From Macrostomum hystrix (taxonomy: Eukaryota; Animalia; Platyhelminthes), in assembly GCA_950097015.1 (NCBI GenBank), contig CATNEN010000039.1:10540001-10604000 (forward strand): 64,000 nucleotides of DNA, read 5' to 3'. The notes under the pieces are model-generated. The model ran no database searches. It was given only the letters and a program-made list of their open reading frames with translations, and had not been told where the DNA came from. The position numbers were made by a program, and so were the translations under genes. Positions 57,648 to 64,000 of the stretch are shown here, piece by piece. Positions within the stretch are counted from its first letter, which is position 1. Each line of letters opens with the position of its first letter.

Positions 57648-59360
57648 AAATTGCAGATTGATAAGAACAGATGCTTCAACAGTGATACAAAGAGACTTAA
57701 AAAAGGACACACAGATTCACAAGGCTAAGGCAAACAAGGGAGGTTACATGATGAAGATAACCAGACGGATTCTGCACGAGTGCGAGGATAAATCAGCACT
57801 GATAAAAAACTAGAAAGAAGGCGCAGTCACACAGGCAATCAATAATTTCGAAAGCTGAATCAGCGTTAGTCGTAAGAGAGGATTGGGAAAAAATGAAACA
57901 AAGAAACCGCATATACAAAATATACGATTGCGCAATTCTCTGCATCTAATCGACAATGTCATATATCATATACAACGAAGCAGGCACACATAGGCAGCAA
58001 TACACAAACAAAGTCCAGGGCATGGATCGGTGATGGAAAGCAGAAAACGCATTGTGTTACATCATCTAAGCGAACCACAAACCGCACTACATAGACCATC
58101 CCACTACAGGGCGTGGGAAGATAAAACTGAATCCTTAACACCGAGGCCTGCATAATAAATTGCTGAATCACTCTTACCAGAACACTCGAGCCATCAAGCG
58201 GGACAGTAGCTAAAGCAGCTGACACAGGCCACACAGACACACAAAGGGAAAGTAGCGATGCAACTTTAACATTATGGTACAAACTGTAGGAAAGGTTAAC
58301 GACAGTTGCTGCCATATCTTTGCCCTGTCAAAAGACGCATTCGAGATTCCTTCAAGACATGGTCCTTGCGATTTTGCATTCACAGCGAAATGCCTGTCAC
58401 GATAGCTGCATAGCAACTGACTGGGTTGCACAAAATAGCCACATTTACATAGGTTACTAAATCTAATGTATTGAAATAAAACCTTAACAGAAGAGAAGGC
58501 AAGGCAGTGCAGAACTGCCTCCCATCTGGCTGCGAGCCAGTATCACAGCCTCCGCAAGTATTATAAATATTTTAATGAATATTAATACGGCACGATTAAT
58601 TTACACTAAAATGTGAACTCTATCAGACATATCTATATTTAAATGCGTAGATCAATTGTAGAAATTGAATATAGAATCTAACAGGATGTGAACAATCGTA
58701 ACAGAATGTGTCAAAAAATATACAAAGTATCCCATAACAATGACTAGCCAAATGAAATTATTTATCTTAACTTTGTTTAACGATGATTCAGAACTGTGAC
58801 TAAAATATACAGGCTGTAGGCTAAGAAAGAGATTAAGCGGATATTATAAACAAACAGCTTAGCTCTGACTAGTCAGACCTGTGGCACCGACACCGGAAAT
58901 GATTACCCATCAAGATAACAATAATTATTAATGGTCTCAGTTTTCTTTAACTAAAGATTCTAATAAAAGATTTTGTTAAGATTAGCCAGATAAGCAGCAA
59001 TTGAAATAAGTTTGACACCGGAACACATCCGGCACACAAAGTCGCTTAAAGACTATAAATATAAGACGGTTGTCGCTTCACAGCGAGGACGAAATCGAAG
59101 TGACAGAGAGACCTCAGCAGGACAATGGATTAAGATTAAAACCTATCGGTAAGTAACTTTTAACATTCCATTCTGTTAAGCTGATTCAAGGGCTGGTCCA
59201 AAACTGCCTCACGCTTTGGCAGAAAAAAAGCAATTTTGGTCCCCTTTAACCAGCTGGTCAGAGCGGAAGATTCAGCACTGATTTTACTATTTTCCTACTG
59301 TTAGTAGGCTGTTAGAAACATAGATTTCTCTGTAAGAATAGCGCCTATAAACTTTATTGA

Positions 59361-60348
59361 CTTCTGCAGTACTGACCCAACAACTGACTAAAGGGATAGT
59401 TCTGCAGTACTGACCCAACAACTGACTAAAGGGATATTTCTGCAGTACTGACCCACCAACTGACTAAAGGGATAGTTCTGCAGTACTGACCCAACAACTG
59501 ACTAAAGGGATAGTTCTGCAGTACTGACCCACCAACTGACTAAAGGGATATTTCTGCAGTACTGACCCAACAACTGACTAAATGGATAGTTCTGCAGTAC
59601 TGACCCACCAACTGACTAAAGGGATAGTTCTGCAGTACTGACCCAACAACTGACTAAAGGGATGGTTCTGCAGTACTGACCCAACAACTGACTAAAGGGA
59701 TATTTCTGCAGTACTGACCCAACAACTGACTAAAGGGATATTTCTGCAGTACTGACCCACCAACTGACAAAAGGGATAGTTCTGCAGTAATGACCCAACA
59801 ACTGACTAAAGGGATAGTTCTGCAGTACTGACCCACCAACTGACTAAAGGGATAGTTCTGCAGTAATGACCCAACAACTGACTAAAGGGATATTTCTGCA
59901 GTACTGACCCACCAACTGACTAAAGGGATATTTCTGCAGTACTGACCCACCAACTGACTAAAGGGATAGTTCTGCAGTACTGACCCAACAACTGACTAAA
60001 GGGATATTTCTGCAGTACTGACCCACCAACTGACTAAAGGGATAGTTCTGCAGTACTGACCCAACAACTGACTAAAGGGATATTTCTGCAGTACTGACCC
60101 AACAACTGACTAAAGGGATAGTTCTGCAGTACTGACCCAACAACTGACTAAAGGGATAGTTCTGCATTACTGACCCAACAACTGACTAAAGGGATAGTTC
60201 TGCATTACTGACCCAACAACTGACTAAAGGGATAGTTCTGCAGTACTGACCCAACAACTGACTAAAGGGATAGTTCTGCAGTACTGACCCAACAACTGAC
60301 TAAAGGGATAGTTCTGCAGTACTGACCAACTGACTAAAGGGATAGTTC
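59361..60348. repeat. 38-bp minisatellite (~26 units)
   Basis: TTCTGCAGTACTGACCCA(A/C)CAACTGACTAAAGGGATA(G/T). Confidence 0.96.
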
Positions 60349-62105
60349 GGATGCAATGACCCACCAACCCACCAAATGACTCAGAGTTCTGCAGAGTTCT
60401 GGAAAAAACGAAACAATCTTACAAAACTTGTTAAAATTGTCCGTTTTGCATTGTACAGACTGTAGATAGCACAGACTTTGGGTTTAAATCTGTCAGACTT
60501 AGTTGTAATCTTTGAGGCTGAAAAAGCAAAATTAGTCAAAATAATAATAAAGTGATGTAAAGCATGTAAAAAGGGTCTTCTCCTATATATTATCTTGCAA
60601 CCAATTCACTTTGATAATGTCATATATAGTTCAGCATTAACTAAACGAGCAATTTAATATATCATTGGGTAGAGTTGCTCACCTGATAAAGAGTAGATAA
60701 ATGAGTGATAATTAAAATAAATTAGATAGGTATTCATTTATTAGTTGCCTATAAATTCTGTCCAATTATAAGACATTTGCAGGGTTAAAATAGTTAATTT
60801 AACAAACAAATGGTTTGATTTAAAGTATATACCTTATAAGTATGTCCTTAAGGTATAACACAATGAATCAAATGAAATCAAACAGTGGCTTTGATAGTCC
60901 ACAACAACATTAAGTATAAAAAAATGGATCAGTGTTATATGAAGATGATAGGCAAGATACTGTACATTAATTTCATTTTAGTCTGGTTATATAATAGCTA
61001 ATATTACTAAAAAATCGATTTTCTCCAAGACTAATTTTCTTGTAGATGTGAAAATCTAAGTTTAAAGACACAGAAAAGATATAAGCCTAAATTATTTGAG
61101 TATATGAAGTGTAGAGTTAAAAGAAAAACAATGGACAAAAAACACAATTATTTGCATTTTTTATTTTATGTATACTTAAAGTACAGTCACTTTTGTGACA
61201 TTAAAAGTATTGGTTGATCTGCTGGTAAATTCAAAATGTATTGGAAATTTTTGTACTCTTGTCTGTTTGCATTCAATTCTTTAATGCCTGTTTCTCACAT
61301 TGATCTAATCTGATGACCTTTGTGCCACCTTCTGATAGGTCCACCACTCTTTCTGTTACCCCAAAAGTGCACTCTACTGTTATTGCATTGCCAATCCCCT
61401 AACATCAGTCTAGGTCAGCACTAAAATTCAAACATATATTCAATGGCCTTTTGCCCATTCATGTCTTATGGTTTCTCTTTATCTGAGCTACCTGAAAACC
61501 AGAAAAAATTTTATTACCTCTTCTTTTTCTTGACAAATATGAGTAAAATTGGCATCAATACAAAAGATTGGACATAAAAATAAGACCTAAATACACTTAG
61601 TCTTATAATGAAAGTCCTAATAAGTCTTTAACCTTAAAAAGACAAAAATTTCTTTTTTAACACTTCAGACCAACAGCTCTGGGAAAATGGTTTAATATTA
61701 GGTCTTAGCTTCATTTATACCCCTAGAATTTTAATTGGTATGCTTTGGTGTGTAAAAATTCACAAATACTACCTGTAAATGATATCATTATCTATGTAAG
61801 TAAACAGGAATACTATTTATGGATACAAAAATGTTGAAGTATACCTAGGTAACTTTACTAGCACCAGTTCTATGGATCCTAAAAACAAACTAATAAACAA
61901 AACATGGCTATTTAAGTGTAGCTCAATAATTGTGTTTATTTAGTGTCAAGTATAAGTCATCTCTCAAACTAGGATTGACATTTAGATGCTATATAATGTC
62001 ATTCTGGTGGCATACTTTGAATTTGATAACAATTGGTCAGCTCCATTTTTTTATTTGGCCAAAAAGACCCCCAGTAGACCAGACCACAAGTCTCCTTGAT
62101 AGGAG

Positions 62106-62377
62106 CATACATGCGCAACACCCGGCCGAACCGGCCGGGTGAAACGAGGGCCAAGCAAGGTAAGTCGCAAAAACCAATTGACCAAGCGCAAAAAAATCAA
62201 AGGGGGGACCAAGGGACAAAAAAGGAAGGCGTGAAGAAAAGGAAAAAGGGGAGAGAAAAAGAGAGCAAATGAGAGCAAACTAAGTCGTAAATAGAGCAAT
62301 GAAATGAACTAAGTCGCAAATGAGAGCAAAAACTAAGTCGCACGGCCGGCTAAGATTTGGGAGGTTGCGCATGTATG
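62106..62377. mobile_element. hAT-like MITE, 272 bp
   Basis: 14-bp perfect TIR CATACATGCGCAAC / GTTGCGCATGTATG. 8-bp flanks GATAGGAG and GATAGGAA (7/8 match). Repeated internal TAAGTCG motifs. Confidence 0.8.
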
Positions 62378-62769
62378 GATAGGAACATACTTCTAACTAG
62401 CTAATTGATAAATCAAAACTGGCACCTGTATACATGTAAAAAGGAACCAAATCAACATTAGATGTTTTAGGAATAAAACAATTGATATTGGCAATAATGA
62501 CTACTTAATTAACTTGAACGAACGAAATTTTAGTAACAACTGATGTGGCAATGACTAATGATAAGCTATGACATTAACTTAAGGTAAAAATTGCAATCCA
62601 GTACTACACTATTTCACTAATAATATCCAAATAATTAATAATTAATTAATAATTGATTACACCTGCCCCAATTGGGTCAGATGTGCAGCCGACAGCACAG
62701 CCGCAGCTAATGCGCGGCGCATCTGAAGGCTGCGTACAGCTGTTCAGTCCACACGGACTGGGGGGACGC

Positions 62770-62900
62770 CACACCCACCTTCAATTATCCCAGCTGATGC
62801 TGGTACCCATTTAACAGCTGGGTGAACTGAAGCAATGCAGAGTTAAGTGTCTTGCTAAAGGACACAAATTGTTCCAGTGGAGTCGGGAATCGAACCCCTG
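62770..62900 (-). mobile_element. CORE-type SINE relic
   Basis: Minus strand reads GGGTTCGATTCCC (B box), then TGTGTCCTTTAGCAAGACACTTAAC..TTGCTTCAGTTCACCCAGCTGTTAAATGGGTACC, resembling the CORE domain. Confidence 0.65.
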
Positions 62901-64000
62901 AAGTAAGTCTTCAAATATCCAAAAGTAAGTCTAGAACTTAACAGAAGCAAATAAATGACTGCTTTTTACTGCAATTGCCTAAATATAGTATCTATTTTTA
63001 TCAAACTTATATTTCATTTTATAGGGACTCTAGTGAGTGAAAAAAATGGAAAAAAAGAAAAAAGATAAAAAACAATGCTATGTTCTAATGAAAAAAAAAA
63101 CAAATTTTTTGTTAAGAAAATAAAGCTTACTATCAATAAAAAAATATATAATTTACTTTACAACAAGTGTTTATAGCTACAATTAGAGCAAAAACAAAAA
63201 AGTTATACAGTGCCAAAATTTGTTTTTAAGTATTCACTGTGTGATCAAAATTTAGACAAAAACTACCTTACATAGAACTTAAAAATTTTACAAATGCATT
63301 GATACTGAAATAAACAAATTAAAAATTAAGAAAGAGGATATAAAAATCTATATTAACAATTCTTTTTTAGTAAAATACAGTTTTTTTCCTTTGCATGTTT
63401 TTTGGTTGAAATTTTAATTTATTTTTTCAATCATTGTTTATAGTGTTTTCCAAATGTATCCCATTAAAATTTTATGTAGAATATGATATACTCAAACCTT
63501 TTTATTTTCCTTTAGCAAAATCTCTCAGAAACATGTTTCTCTAATGTACCCCTTTACACATTTCAGATGGCTTTTGCAATTGACTGTAAATAGTAAATTG
63601 ATGTCAATGCAACATCTATTTGTTAAGCTATGGAATAGGTATGGCTTTGCCACTTCTATAAAGCCAAAAGAGTTTTATATTGTAAAAAAATAAACACGTA
63701 TTTTTAGCATAGTGATCCTATTTGATGTAAAATCGAAATTTAATAGTTTAATACTGAGTGCTAATAGAAGATATTCACAAGGGGTGTTGCAAAAGTTACC
63801 GGACTAATGCTAATTCTGGTGACAATTTGTGTTTGATTTGGCTGAAAATTGATGTCTGTGGTATTCAGCCATAGAAAAGACTTTTCCTAAAATTTTATCC
63901 AGCTTAGTCAACCACAGCATACATGAGGGCCGAAATAGGTTGCAACCCTTGGAAGCTGTTGACACAATTTTTCACAAACCAAAAGTGAATGAAATTGAGT

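Noticed and set aside
63778-64000. Mariner-like TIR start (AGGGGTGTTGCAAAAGTT)
   Set aside because: No partner TIR or ORF in the window; resemblance only.

Overview
Eukaryotic (animal) genomic DNA with GT-AG introns, GC-rich exons and a very high density of intronic and intergenic minisatellites. The style suggests a flatworm such as Macrostomum; this is inference and was not verified. Six host genes could be assembled by hand with frame-consistent splice sites: ADO (+, intronless CDS), a CRMP/dihydropyrimidinase-like pseudoenzyme (+, 6 exons), an ankyrin / Gly-rich / degenerate caspase-fold protein (+, 3 exons), an LRR-Ig-FN3 transmembrane protein (+, 3 exons), NitFhit (-, 4 exons) and RPL35 (-, 2 coding exons). 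The highlight is an apparently intact 8,042-bp CMC (EnSpm/CACTA/Mirage-type) DNA transposon at 36931-44972, with a 21-bp perfect TIR and a TA target-site duplication, inserted in a pyrimidine microsatellite. It carries three same-strand genes: a transposase, a small protein bearing a CtIP/Sae2 C-terminal (CxxC...RHR) motif, and a spliced coiled-coil + BEN-domain protein. Also present are a non-autonomous Helitron, two hAT-type MITEs, five copies of one tRNA-derived SINE family, two other SINE relics and about 20 tandem arrays.
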